In this document: one piece after another, positions 38,321 through 47,830 of the stretch
Layout: each line of letters starts with the position of its first letter
Position numbering within the stretch: the first letter of the stretch is position 1
IMG/VR virus record: IMGVR_UViG_3300043438_001827
Span: 40,749 to 104,748 of that record
DNA: 64,000 nt
Strand: one strand, 5' to 3'
Source: a virus
Position numbers and translations under genes: made by a program
Notes under the pieces: generated by a model
What the model saw: only the letters and a program-made list of their open reading frames with translations
What the model was told of the DNA's origin: nothing
Database searches by the model: none

Positions 38321-39580
38321 ATGACAGAGTTTATAAATACAGAAAGAAAAACTTCACAGTATAATGGTCCAGTTAATAGTTCTGACTTTAATTTAAAAAT
38401 AGAACAAAATTATCAAGATTTAGTGCAGCTTTATAACAGGTCTGGGATAATAGACCAAAAATTAAATGAAGCTTTTGAACGAGTTTTAAAAGATCACCTA
38501 TTTTTGTCCCAAGCTGTATCTGACATGGAAGATAGAATCGGTGCAATAGAAAACTCCTCTCTTTCACAAAAGCAGCTCTCTATATACAACTACTCACAGC
38601 TTGACCCAGTCAGCTTACTGAATACCTCATACGCAGTATCCAGTGCAGAGATGCTAAGCTTTGACTATATCAATAATATATTAACCCTTCCTAAGATAGA
38701 CGGATCTTCACACTCTAAATTAAAGTTCTTTAATAATTTTACAGGACAAATAGTTCCAGATTTTTTTGAATCAAAAATAGAAAACTCTTTTGTCAGCGTA
38801 GATACTCCAGGTGCTTTGGTAGACACTACACCTATCTATCACGCAGTTTTGGACAATTCAGAAAAATTTTGGAAGAGAAACATTATCACTGAATCCGCAT
38901 CAGGACTTAACGCACAAACATACGTCTACATAAAAATACCAACAGCGTATGGAGGAAGCGATAAGAGCAACTTTGTTAGCATGACCCCTTATCCTATATT
39001 TGGTGTTGATATCCTATCTATTGAATATACATCCAACTCAAACCCTACATTAACCCAGACAGACGGTTGGACGCCTCTTAACTTTAATAGATATTATGAC
39101 GGAGTAGCTGAAGCAGTTGGAAAGGTCCCGCCTGGTGGATGGTCAGTTGCAGGAACCGATGTAATTTTAAACTCAGGACCAATAGGTTTCTATATGCCGC
39201 CAACAACAGTCACGGCAATAAGAATTAACATGAGACAAAGAAATTACATTAAAGAAAATGGCAAATACGTATATACGTATGGACTGTCAGACCTCGATAT
39301 TAGAGCAGACAAGTTCATGCCAAATGGAAGAACTATAGTACGCTTTAACGCCCCTCAAGATACCCTTATCTATGAAGTGACTGATGTTATACCCAAGATA
39401 TATAACGTTCCACCAGAGCTTATGGCTACAGCCTTTAGCTACAGGGTTCTATATAAAGACTCTGGCGTCTATAGCGAGGATCCTATAGCTTCAAGTACAG
39501 TATGGGTTGAGGTAACTTTAAATCAATTAGGAGACGGAACATCTCCTGTTTTATCAGATTTAATAATTAAATACAATTAA
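38321..39580 (+). CDS. virion structural protein (paralog)
   Basis: YNGPVNSSDFN...QDLVQLY N-terminus; SPVLSDLIIKY C-terminus. Confidence 0.6.
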   Translation: MTEFINTERKTSQYNGPVNSSDFNLKIEQNYQDLVQLYNRSGIIDQKLNEAFERVLKDHLFLSQAVSDMEDRIGAIENSSLSQKQLSIYNYSQLDPVSLLNTSYAVSSAEMLSFDYINNILTLPKIDGSSHSKLKFFNNFTGQIVPDFFESKIENSFVSVDTPGALVDTTPIYHAVLDNSEKFWKRNIITESASGLNAQTYVYIKIPTAYGGSDKSNFVSMTPYPIFGVDILSIEYTSNSNPTLTQTDGWTPLNFNRYYDGVAEAVGKVPPGGWSVAGTDVILNSGPIGFYMPPTTVTAIRINMRQRNYIKENGKYVYTYGLSDLDIRADKFMPNGRTIVRFNAPQDTLIYEVTDVIPKIYNVPPELMATAFSYRVLYKDSGVYSEDPIASSTVWVEVTLNQLGDGTSPVLSDLIIKYN

Positions 39581-39645
39581 AGATTAAAAAAGTAAGATTC
39601 CATTTTACTATATCACTATAATTATATCGCAATAAGGAGAGCTAA

Positions 39646-40275
39646 ATGACTACATTTTACGTAGGACCAAGACCAGTTTTAAAGGGTCAAAATACCAAAG
39701 AGATGGTAAACCCATACACATCAATGACTGGTAAAGTAAAAGGTGCTGGAACATATTCGTACTACCCCCTTTATAGTACTAGCCACGTTCTTGATGGCTC
39801 TCCAGATAACCACCACGTACCAGGTACTGGGTACTTCCCTGGTGATGTATTTATGTCCCAACTTTTCACAGGAATTGGTGGTACACTATACATCCATCCA
39901 TTAGCTGGAACATTCCAGGATGGTGCTAACTACGATGGTTCAAGATTCCGTCCAATGGAATACAAGGGTATTACAGGAGCTAAAGCTTTCCCTACAGCCT
40001 TTGGACACGAAGAAAGAGAAAATGACTACAAGCTTAGACAGTACCGTTTCAAGGGCGTTACTTCAGCAGAAGCATTTGCAAGCACAGGTCATGGCCAAAG
40101 AACAGAAGCACAAGGAGCACCATCATCTTTTGGATATTTTATTCCAGAAGAGCACAAGGGCGTTACTAGCTCTGTAGTTTTTACATCAGGATTTGGTCAA
40201 TCAAATGAAGTTGGAGATTATGGTAGAAAGAAAGTCCAAGAATGGAAAGGCGTTGCATCTGCAAAAGCTTTGTGA
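39646..40275 (+). CDS. Gly/aromatic-rich repeat protein, probable virion component
   Basis: Strong AAGGAG RBS; four internal KG(V/I)(T/A)S/G repeats. Confidence 0.6.
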   Translation: MTTFYVGPRPVLKGQNTKEMVNPYTSMTGKVKGAGTYSYYPLYSTSHVLDGSPDNHHVPGTGYFPGDVFMSQLFTGIGGTLYIHPLAGTFQDGANYDGSRFRPMEYKGITGAKAFPTAFGHEERENDYKLRQYRFKGVTSAEAFASTGHGQRTEAQGAPSSFGYFIPEEHKGVTSSVVFTSGFGQSNEVGDYGRKKVQEWKGVASAKAL

Positions 40276-40534
40276 TTATTACTCTAATCCAATTATTTTA
40301 GAGAAAGATCATAGAAAATCTGGTTTAGCGGCTTGGGCAATTCTACTGGGCGGAATTATTGCATATGATACCTATGCAATAAGAAGTCAAAAGATAGAAA
40401 CTTTAACAAGAGCATTCTGGAGACTAACAGAAGAGCCAATAAAGAAAATCATTCCGATAACAATGTGGGTTGGGCTAACTGCACATTTGTTAGTTGAAAA
40501 AGAAGTAAGAAAAAAAAAGTTTAATAACAGTTAA
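40193..40534 (+). CDS. small membrane protein (two hydrophobic helices; start uncertain, possibly ATG 40220)
   Basis: GLAAWAILLGGIIAY and IIPITMWVGLTAHLLV segments; basic C-terminus. Confidence 0.55.
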   Translation: MVNQMKLEIMVERKSKNGKALHLQKLCDYYSNPIILEKDHRKSGLAAWAILLGGIIAYDTYAIRSQKIETLTRAFWRLTEEPIKKIIPITMWVGLTAHLLVEKEVRKKKFNNS

Positions 40535-40589
40535 CCCGACAAGCAAATTAAGTAGCCTATGATATACTCTATAGGTGTCAACATTGAAC

Positions 40590-40627
40590 TCCCGTCCTAT
40601 TTATATAGGACGGGATTCGATTTTTAT
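40590..40627 (+). terminator. intrinsic terminator-like hairpin ending the structural module
   Basis: tcccgtcctat-ttat-ataggacggga 11-bp stem followed by ttcgatttttat. Confidence 0.65.
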
Positions 40628-40670
40628 ACAGCAGTTTTACATCTTTTTACAAAGATAAAGAGGATTGAAT

Positions 40671-41372
40671 ATGTCTTTACAGGAGTTGACAAACGTGATT
40701 GAAGAGGGAACTCTATCAGTTGATACAGCTCAAAAATATTTAAACGTTTACATAGGTGATAGTGATTGGGCTAAGCATATTAATCAGCTATGGTTAAACT
40801 TGGAGAACAAAAATAGAAATCAAGAAATTTCAAAAGAAGAAATAAAGAAGATAATATCTTGTACACTATTACTTCCAACTTACGAAAAGACTACAATACC
40901 AGATCCAGTTCACCCTATACTTTTTTGGTGCACCACATGGGGGCAGCTAAAGGAAAGAGATTGGTTCTCTTTACTTAAAGACGTGATTAAAAAAGATATC
41001 TTAATTCAAAATAATAGGAAGAATTTATTAGGTTTAGGGGTTATAGATCCGATAGACTATTCCCCATTAACCAGACAAGCTTACAATTGGTTATACTCTG
41101 AAGCTCAAAATGCAGGTATAATTAATGAAGGTAATAAAAAAGAAATATCAATAAAGCTACAGAATCTAGTAAGAATTTATGGTGGAGCAGTAATATCAAA
41201 TATTTTCAGCAATCATAAAAGCTCTTTAAATAAGATCCTCAATTGGAGAAGTGGTTATTTTTTTGAAAGAGAAATATACAACGTTTATTCTTATGATCAA
41301 ATTCATAAAATAAAGCAGTTAGAACTACAGAAACTAAACCCAAAATTTATTAAAACAATCAATACAAAATAA
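40671..41372 (+). CDS. hypothetical protein
   Basis: ORF 40665..41372; GAGGA lies upstream of ATG 40671. Confidence 0.7.
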   Translation: MSLQELTNVIEEGTLSVDTAQKYLNVYIGDSDWAKHINQLWLNLENKNRNQEISKEEIKKIISCTLLLPTYEKTTIPDPVHPILFWCTTWGQLKERDWFSLLKDVIKKDILIQNNRKNLLGLGVIDPIDYSPLTRQAYNWLYSEAQNAGIINEGNKKEISIKLQNLVRIYGGAVISNIFSNHKSSLNKILNWRSGYFFEREIYNVYSYDQIHKIKQLELQKLNPKFIKTINTK

Positions 41373-41384
41373 CCAGGAGAAGAA

Positions 41385-43496
41385 ATGGAAAACCAAACAC
41401 TACCACAAGAAAACATCGTACCAACAACAACCACGAGTAATAAAACTCCATCTATTTTTTCTTTTAGAATTAGCGATGACTTTTTAGAAGGTTACAGAAG
41501 CAAGAAACCTCCTTTTGGCTACAAGGACGCTGCTGGAAACTCTGTTGGTGAGATCACATTCTTGAGAACATATTCACGTCTGAAAGAAGATGGGACTAAA
41601 GAAACTTGGGTAGATGTTTGCGAACGCGTAATTAACGGTATGTATTCTCTTCAAAAAGATCACTGTAAATCTAGTAGACTACCTTGGAACGATGCTAAGG
41701 CTCAAGCTAGCGCAAAGGATGCGTTTGATCGTTTGTTCAACTTAAAGTGGACTCCACCAGGACGTGGATTATGGATGATGGGAACTCAGATTGTAAACGT
41801 ACATAAAAACTCAGCAGCACTGCAAAACTGTGCTTTTGTAAGTACGTCTGAAATGTCAAAGTTTAATCCAGCAAAACCATTCAACTTCTTAATGGAAGCA
41901 TCAATGCTTGGTGTTGGTGTCGGGTTTGATGACAAAGGTGCTGATAAAGATTTTACTATTCATCAACCAAAAGAAACAATTTCAGTTGATATAATCACTG
42001 ATGATAGAGAAAGCTGGGCAAGAGCTACTGGTGATCTTATAAATTCTTACCTTAAGCCAGATCAGCAAACGATTGAGTTTGACTATTCTTTGATTAGACC
42101 ATTAGGAGCTCCAATTAAAACATTTGGCGGAACCGCTTCTGGCCCAGCTCCTTTGATTAAGCTACACAATGCCATTAGGAATATATTCAACGGACGTGGA
42201 GGGGAAAAGCTAACACGTAAAGACATAGCTGATATAGGTAACCTCATTGGCGTATGCGTTGTATCTGGAAACGTTAGACGTTCAGCTGAACTTCTAATTG
42301 GAAGAATAGACGACCAAGATTTTCTTAACTTAAAAAATGCAGAGGTATTTCCTGAGCGTAATTCATATGATCCAAATTCACCAGGTTGGGGATGGATGTC
42401 TAATAACTCAGTAGAGGTTTCTGTTGGACAAGATCTATCTCCAATCGTAGATGGAATTTCCAGAAATGGTGAACCAGGTGTTATCTGGATGGACATGGCA
42501 CGTAAATATGGAAGACTTGCCGACGCACCAAATAACAAAGACCACAGAGTTGCAGGATTCAACCCATGTGCAGAACAATCTCTTGAGTCATACGAATGCT
42601 GTACTTTGGTAGAGACTTATCTTGGCAGACATGATTCATTAGAGGACTTCAAGCGTACTCTTAAGTTTGCATATCTTTATGCTAAGACTGTGACACTTCT
42701 ACCGACACACTGGGAAGAAACAAATGCTATTATGCAGAGAAATCGCCGTATCGGTGCTTCAATGTCTGGTGTTGCTGACTTTGCTGACATCAACGGTATG
42801 CCAGTTCTTCGTGAATGGATGGATCAAGGTTATAAAACTGTTACAAGATATGACAATATTTACTCTGAATGGTTGGGCGTACGTGAGTCCATTAAGATGA
42901 CTACTGTTAAACCATCAGGTACGGTCTCAATCCTCGCAGGAGAGTCTCCTGGGGTTCACTGGACGCCAGGTGGTAAGTACTTCAATAGAACCATTAGATT
43001 TTCTAATGATGACCCAATGTTACCACTATTCAAGATGGCTAACTATAAAGTAGAACCAGCAGCGGAATCACCGGATACTACATCTGTTGTTTACTTCCCA
43101 ATTAAGTCAAATGCAAAAAGATCTGAAAAAGATGTAACAATTTTTGAAAAGATAGCTCTTGCGGCAGCTGCTCAAAGATACTGGTCGGATAACTCAGTAT
43201 CAGTAACTGTTTCATTCAATGCTGAAACGGAAAAAGAACATGTTGGCACAGTATTGCATATGTATGATGGTCAGTTGAAAACGGTATCATTCTTGGCAAC
43301 AGGAAATGACACGTATCTGCAGATGCCATACACCCAAATTACGGAAGATGAGTACAATCAAGAGGGAACCATGAAGTTATTCCCAATTGATTTCTCAGGC
43401 GTGTATGCAGGAATGGCAGCAGATGCTATAGGAGAGTCTTACTGTACTACTGACTCATGTGAAATTAAATTGATAAAAGAAAACAACAAACAATAG
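41385..43496 (+). CDS. nrdJ: class II (adenosylcobalamin-dependent) ribonucleotide reductase
   Basis: PPGRGLW, LQNCAF, VSGNVRRSA, NPCAEQSLE, TTVKPSGTVS and C-terminal YCTTDSC. Confidence 0.93.
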   Translation: MENQTLPQENIVPTTTTSNKTPSIFSFRISDDFLEGYRSKKPPFGYKDAAGNSVGEITFLRTYSRLKEDGTKETWVDVCERVINGMYSLQKDHCKSSRLPWNDAKAQASAKDAFDRLFNLKWTPPGRGLWMMGTQIVNVHKNSAALQNCAFVSTSEMSKFNPAKPFNFLMEASMLGVGVGFDDKGADKDFTIHQPKETISVDIITDDRESWARATGDLINSYLKPDQQTIEFDYSLIRPLGAPIKTFGGTASGPAPLIKLHNAIRNIFNGRGGEKLTRKDIADIGNLIGVCVVSGNVRRSAELLIGRIDDQDFLNLKNAEVFPERNSYDPNSPGWGWMSNNSVEVSVGQDLSPIVDGISRNGEPGVIWMDMARKYGRLADAPNNKDHRVAGFNPCAEQSLESYECCTLVETYLGRHDSLEDFKRTLKFAYLYAKTVTLLPTHWEETNAIMQRNRRIGASMSGVADFADINGMPVLREWMDQGYKTVTRYDNIYSEWLGVRESIKMTTVKPSGTVSILAGESPGVHWTPGGKYFNRTIRFSNDDPMLPLFKMANYKVEPAAESPDTTSVVYFPIKSNAKRSEKDVTIFEKIALAAAAQRYWSDNSVSVTVSFNAETEKEHVGTVLHMYDGQLKTVSFLATGNDTYLQMPYTQITEDEYNQEGTMKLFPIDFSGVYAGMAADAIGESYCTTDSCEIKLIKENNKQ

Positions 43497-43505
43497 AGGT
43501 TTAAG

Positions 43506-43874
43506 TTGACAAACAGAAGTGAAGAAGATGATTTTGATAAAAAATTTTCTGAAATAATGGAATTGTCAAATATCGAAGATCTTGATACTTTTATAAAAAC
43601 AGAAGCATTTCAATCAATTAAAGAAAACATATTATTATTAAATGCATTAAACGAATTAAGTCAAGAAATTAATTCTATTATAATGTGTATAATTAATGAA
43701 TCACCAATTAATTTGACTGAAGATATGCAAGATACATTATCTACAATTTATAAATTATCAATTGATTTCGTTGATGATATGATAGAATTGAATAGTATAG
43801 GATTAGAATTAGAGTTTGATTCAGACATAGAATTTGACTCTTATGACGATGAGGAAGAAGAAGATGAAGACTGA
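43506..43874 (+). CDS. highly acidic hypothetical protein
   Basis: 122-aa ORF with a D/E-rich tail; GAGG RBS. Confidence 0.65.
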   Translation: MTNRSEEDDFDKKFSEIMELSNIEDLDTFIKTEAFQSIKENILLLNALNELSQEINSIIMCIINESPINLTEDMQDTLSTIYKLSIDFVDDMIELNSIGLELEFDSDIEFDSYDDEEEEDED

Positions 43875-44598
43875 ACTTGTTTCTGAATTAGATCAGAACG
43901 AAAACTTTATACCAGTTTTAGATAACGGGTATGTAAGATTAATTGACCATATGGGTACAGACTTATCGATTGTAAATGCAGCAAGAGCTTCTTTTGCTAA
44001 AGAAAAAAAAGAATTGAGCCCAGCAGACGGTAAGCTCATAGATTTCTTGGCTAGAGAAAATCATATGTCTCCTTTCAGACATGCATTTTTAACCTTTGAG
44101 TTTAAAGCTCCTTTGATGGTAGCTAGACAGCACTGGAAGTACGTAGTCGGTTCTGACCACACTATGGACTCATGGAATGAATCTTCTAGAAGATACATAA
44201 CTATGGATCCAGAGTTCTATCTGCCAAAAGCAGAAGAGTGGCGTTTAGCTCCTGACGATAAAAAGCAGGGTTCTGGTGGACCAGCCGATTTCTTCATGGG
44301 ATCTCTTCTGTATAAAGAGCTAGAAGAATACTGCATGAAGGGTGAAGCGCTCTATAATATGGCTATGGAAAATGGCATTGCACCAGAACAAGCTAGATTA
44401 TTCTTACCTGCTTACGGTATGTATGTAACATATAGATGGTCTTGCAGTCTGCAATCTGTTGCGCTTTTCTTAAATCAAAGATTAGCTGAAGATTCACAGG
44501 TCGAGATACAAAAATATGCAAGAGCAGTATATCTTTTGTCTCAACCTAAATATCCAGTATCCATGTCTAGATTAGTTGGCGCTTACAGTGGTCATTAA
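43864..44598 (+). CDS. thyX: FAD-dependent thymidylate synthase
   Basis: GYVRLID.MG.D..IVNAARASF, HMSPF, ARQHWKY...NESSRRY, GIAPEQARLFLP, SQVEIQKYA. Confidence 0.9.
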   Translation: MKTELVSELDQNENFIPVLDNGYVRLIDHMGTDLSIVNAARASFAKEKKELSPADGKLIDFLARENHMSPFRHAFLTFEFKAPLMVARQHWKYVVGSDHTMDSWNESSRRYITMDPEFYLPKAEEWRLAPDDKKQGSGGPADFFMGSLLYKELEEYCMKGEALYNMAMENGIAPEQARLFLPAYGMYVTYRWSCSLQSVALFLNQRLAEDSQVEIQKYARAVYLLSQPKYPVSMSRLVGAYSGH

Positions 44599-44752
44599 TA
44601 TATTAATAGCTTTACTCTTCACCCTATGTGTCAATTGGTCAGTTACTTTAAACCTAGCTATACAGCGTTCTGAAGATGGTAGACAAAGAGCTATACTAAT
44701 AGCAATTACTGTTTTAATATTATTTATTACTGGTTTTCTCATAGCTATTTAA
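44588..44752 (+). CDS. small two-helix membrane protein (54 aa)
   Basis: GTG 44588 to TAA 44752 fills the gap; two hydrophobic stretches; not in the ORF track. Confidence 0.5.
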   Translation: MVINILIALLFTLCVNWSVTLNLAIQRSEDGRQRAILIAITVLILFITGFLIAI

Positions 44753-44757
44753 AACTT

Positions 44758-45204
44758 ATGACAAATAAAAATAAACAATACATTCAGCTGTGTAGTTCAG
44801 CTAGCTCTATCTTTTCTACATGTGGTAAAAAACAATATGCTGCTGTATTAGTCGACAAGTATGATCATATAGTTGGCATGGGATACAACGGTGGTCCTAG
44901 GGGCTTTCCTCACTGTAAAGATGGTGGGTGTCCTAGACTAGAGCAGATGTCTATCAATGGATCTAATTACGACAATTGCATAGCAGTCCATGCAGAAGCA
45001 AATGCGTTGTTACATTCAAATTATAGTTCTGAGCCTAAAAAAATATATGTAAATGGTCCTCCTTGTTTTTCTTGCGCAAAATTAATAGCTAATAGTACGA
45101 TAGAAGAAGTTTATTACATAGCGGACAAGTGCTATAATAATTGGGAAGACATTAAGACCTTTCTTAACAAAGCTAAGGTATCAACATTTGAGATGGAAAT
45201 ATAA
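44758..45204 (+). CDS. dCMP deaminase
   Basis: STC, GYNGGPRG..HC, HAEANAL and PCFSC zinc motifs. Confidence 0.9.
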   Translation: MTNKNKQYIQLCSSASSIFSTCGKKQYAAVLVDKYDHIVGMGYNGGPRGFPHCKDGGCPRLEQMSINGSNYDNCIAVHAEANALLHSNYSSEPKKIYVNGPPCFSCAKLIANSTIEEVYYIADKCYNNWEDIKTFLNKAKVSTFEMEI

Positions 45205-45440
45205 TGGCAGCTTCAAAGCTAAATTACTTGGTTATTTATAAAAATCATAGTCAAGTTTATGGTTGTTCTTCAAAGAAGATAGCAATAGAAAGTCCTCCCC
45301 CAGAAGGTTATACGGAAGAAGACAAAAATATATTGTTTGTTACTTTTGAACCAGACACTGACAACCTATGTGTTTACAAGGTAGACAAAGAAGAAGAAAT
45401 AATAACAACGAGTAAAAGAAAGAAAAAGACAGATGACTAA
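45204..45440 (+). CDS. hypothetical protein
   Basis: 78-aa ORF, translationally coupled to the previous gene. Confidence 0.6.
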   Translation: MAASKLNYLVIYKNHSQVYGCSSKKIAIESPPPEGYTEEDKNILFVTFEPDTDNLCVYKVDKEEEIITTSKRKKKTDD

Positions 45441-45675
45441 GAAACAGTCACAGAAAAAGAAAATAAGTGTAAAACTAAATCCAGGAGAAGCGGTTTTTAC
45501 TGCCGATATAGAGGTTATGAACCATATCATGGGGGTATATCATGAAATGTCACTTTCTTGCAAGAACCCGACTGAGGCTCAGTCTTGGATGGACGTTGTT
45601 AATAATATAAAAAAATGTTGTGAGGAAACTTACTACTCAAATAAATCAGGAGATATATATGAAGAAGAGTGGTGA
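45433..45675 (+). CDS. hypothetical protein
   Basis: 80-aa ORF overlapping its neighbours by a few nt. Confidence 0.6.
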   Translation: MTKKQSQKKKISVKLNPGEAVFTADIEVMNHIMGVYHEMSLSCKNPTEAQSWMDVVNNIKKCCEETYYSNKSGDIYEEEW

Positions 45676-45913
45676 TTTTTTAATCTATTCTGCTTTGGCG
45701 ATTGGTACTTGCATCTTAATTTCAATACTAAGAAAAAGTTTTGATCCTAGATCTATCCAAGACGCAGATTCAATACAATTAGGAAATAGATTAATAGAGT
45801 TTTTTGAGAAGGATCAAATGGAAGAAATATATCAAAGATATTACGAATACGTAGATATGGGATTAACACCAAACGACGCTTTTGAATTGTTAGTAGGTGG
45901 CTTAAATGATTGA
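45620..45913 (+). CDS. hypothetical membrane-anchored protein (true start probably the internal ATG after AGGAG)
   Basis: FLIYSALAIGTCILISIL hydrophobic helix. Confidence 0.55.
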   Translation: MRKLTTQINQEIYMKKSGDFLIYSALAIGTCILISILRKSFDPRSIQDADSIQLGNRLIEFFEKDQMEEIYQRYYEYVDMGLTPNDAFELLVGGLND

Positions 45914-46721
45914 TCTATGTGTAGTAAATCACAATACTAGAACACTGTTGCAAAGATTTTTGGACAATTTGCATTCAGATCTTAATAGTCCAAATGGTGC
46001 GCTCGTAAAAAACTGGAATTTATACATAACCGATAATGATTCAACTGATGATTTTGTCCCTTGGATTAGGGAAAATGAAGATCGATATTTAATCAATAGG
46101 TTATTTTTAAGAAAAAATATAGGATACTCTGCTGCTGTAAATATGATGGCAGAAAAATCTTCTGGAGATATAATTGGTATTTTAAATGGTGATGTATGGA
46201 TGACCTCTGAGGATTGCATTAAAATAGAAAATATTTTTAATCAAAATCCAGAAATCCATATTCTTGGCCCTAAGCAGAGAGACGAAAATGGTTTCATAAC
46301 TCATGCTGGTATAATTGGTACAAATATTTCACCTAAGCATAGAGGATGGAAAGAACATGACCCTAATGATGTTTTATATAAAGACAGAGTTAATTGTGTA
46401 ACAGTTTCTGGTTCAGCTTATTTTGTTAGAAGAGAAGTATGGAATGCTATGACTAACAACGAACAGTATAGGCAAATCCACCCGGAAGCAACAGGGGCAT
46501 TTTTGCCAACGCCACATTATTATGAAGAGACATGGTGTTCGTATTTTGCAAGACACTTGGGCTATAATGTAGTCTATGACGGATCAGTATCAATAGGCCA
46601 TAGTTGGCACGCTAGTAGCCCAAAGCCAGGAGAGGGCATTAGCGAAGTTGATAAGTACTTTCCCATAAGTAGAGATATATTTCGTAGAGCTTGCGATTTC
46701 ATAGGAATAGAAAGAGACTAA
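45906..46721 (+). CDS. glycosyltransferase family 2
   Basis: VVNHN, DNDSTD, NIGYSAAVN, LNGD, VSGSAYFVRR, YYEET..C. Confidence 0.88.
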   Translation: MIDLCVVNHNTRTLLQRFLDNLHSDLNSPNGALVKNWNLYITDNDSTDDFVPWIRENEDRYLINRLFLRKNIGYSAAVNMMAEKSSGDIIGILNGDVWMTSEDCIKIENIFNQNPEIHILGPKQRDENGFITHAGIIGTNISPKHRGWKEHDPNDVLYKDRVNCVTVSGSAYFVRREVWNAMTNNEQYRQIHPEATGAFLPTPHYYEETWCSYFARHLGYNVVYDGSVSIGHSWHASSPKPGEGISEVDKYFPISRDIFRRACDFIGIERD

Positions 46722-46723
46722 TA

Positions 46724-47818
46724 GTGTCAATATCAACTTATGGTTCCCTATTTGCTGGGGTGGGCGGAATAGATCTAGGATTAGACCAAACTGGGATGGA
46801 ATGTAAGTTTCAAGTAGAGATAGATCAAAATTGTCAACAGACACTTTCTTATCATTGGCCAGACGTTCCAAAGTTTGGTGATATTAAAAGCGTAAGTGGA
46901 TACGATCTTCCTTTTGTCGATGTAATTACCTTTGGATCACCATGCCAAGATCTTTCCGTAGCTGGCAAGAGAGCTGGACTTGAAGGAGAAAAATCAGGTC
47001 TATTTCACGAAGCAGTAAGAATAATCAAAGAAATGAGAGAAAAATCAAATGGACAATATCCTAAATGGTCAATCTGGGAGAACGTCACAGGGGCCTTATC
47101 TTCCAACGGAGGTGCCGACTTCGGGCAAGTCCTCAACGAAATGGATGAAGCAGGGGCGTGTTTCAGCGAGTGGTCCGTGTTGGATGCACAACACTTTGGA
47201 GTCCCCCAAAGACGAAGAAGAATATACTTGCTCTCTGTCTTTGATCCTACAATCGCCTCAAGATGTCCCGACAAAGTACTCCCTGTCAATGAGAGCAGCG
47301 CAGGGAATTCTAAGAAGAGTATCAAGCAAGGGCAAGAGCCTTCCAGAGAAGTTGCAAGTTGCCTTGGAGGAAGTGGCGAAGGAGCAGTACCTTCCAGTAG
47401 AGGACAGAACTTAGCCATACAAATGCTCGATGCTCAAAGAGTTGGTGACGTAAGACTTTACGAAGAACCAGTACAAACACTACCAGCTAGAATGGGCACT
47501 GGTGGAAACAATGTTCCACTAGTAGTAGATAATAGAACAACTTCCAATATAGTTGGTACGTTGAGTGCAAGAGATTTTAAAGGCGTTGGAAATCAATATG
47601 TTCAAGAACATAAATTAGTTGTAGAATCTTCTAATCCAATTTACGTTAGACGTCTTACGCCAACAGAATGTGAAAGACTTATGGGTTGGCCAGATAATCA
47701 CACTTTACACAGAGCTGATGGAAAGGTTAATTCTGATTCAACAAGATATAAGATGTGTGGAAACGGAGTAGCTAGTCCTGTGATAAAATGGGTAATTGAA
47801 AAAATTAAAAATATATAG
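46724..47818 (+). CDS. C5-cytosine DNA methyltransferase
   Basis: Motif I SLFAGVGG, IV GSPCQD, VI WENV, VIII PQRRRR, IX RRLTPTECERLMGWPD, X GNGVA. Confidence 0.93.
   Translation: MSISTYGSLFAGVGGIDLGLDQTGMECKFQVEIDQNCQQTLSYHWPDVPKFGDIKSVSGYDLPFVDVITFGSPCQDLSVAGKRAGLEGEKSGLFHEAVRIIKEMREKSNGQYPKWSIWENVTGALSSNGGADFGQVLNEMDEAGACFSEWSVLDAQHFGVPQRRRRIYLLSVFDPTIASRCPDKVLPVNESSAGNSKKSIKQGQEPSREVASCLGGSGEGAVPSSRGQNLAIQMLDAQRVGDVRLYEEPVQTLPARMGTGGNNVPLVVDNRTTSNIVGTLSARDFKGVGNQYVQEHKLVVESSNPIYVRRLTPTECERLMGWPDNHTLHRADGKVNSDSTRYKMCGNGVASPVIKWVIEKIKNI
47049..47414 (+). CDS. alternative-frame ORF nested in the methyltransferase gene (putative accessory/beta polypeptide)
   Basis: 121-aa ORF in the +1 frame containing SLSLILQ..DVPTKYSLS..AAQGILRR..KGKSLP..LQVAL, a segment of the kind that follows motif VIII in C5 MTases. 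Confidence 0.6.
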   Translation: MDNILNGQSGRTSQGPYLPTEVPTSGKSSTKWMKQGRVSASGPCWMHNTLESPKDEEEYTCSLSLILQSPQDVPTKYSLSMRAAQGILRRVSSKGKSLPEKLQVALEEVAKEQYLPVEDRT

Positions 47819-47830
47819 AAAGAGATTATA

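Noticed and set aside
39920-40177. Alternative-frame plus-strand ORFs 39920..40177 and 1451..1657
   Set aside because: Typical off-frame L/Q/K-rich translations with no motif, unlike the ORF nested in the methyltransferase.
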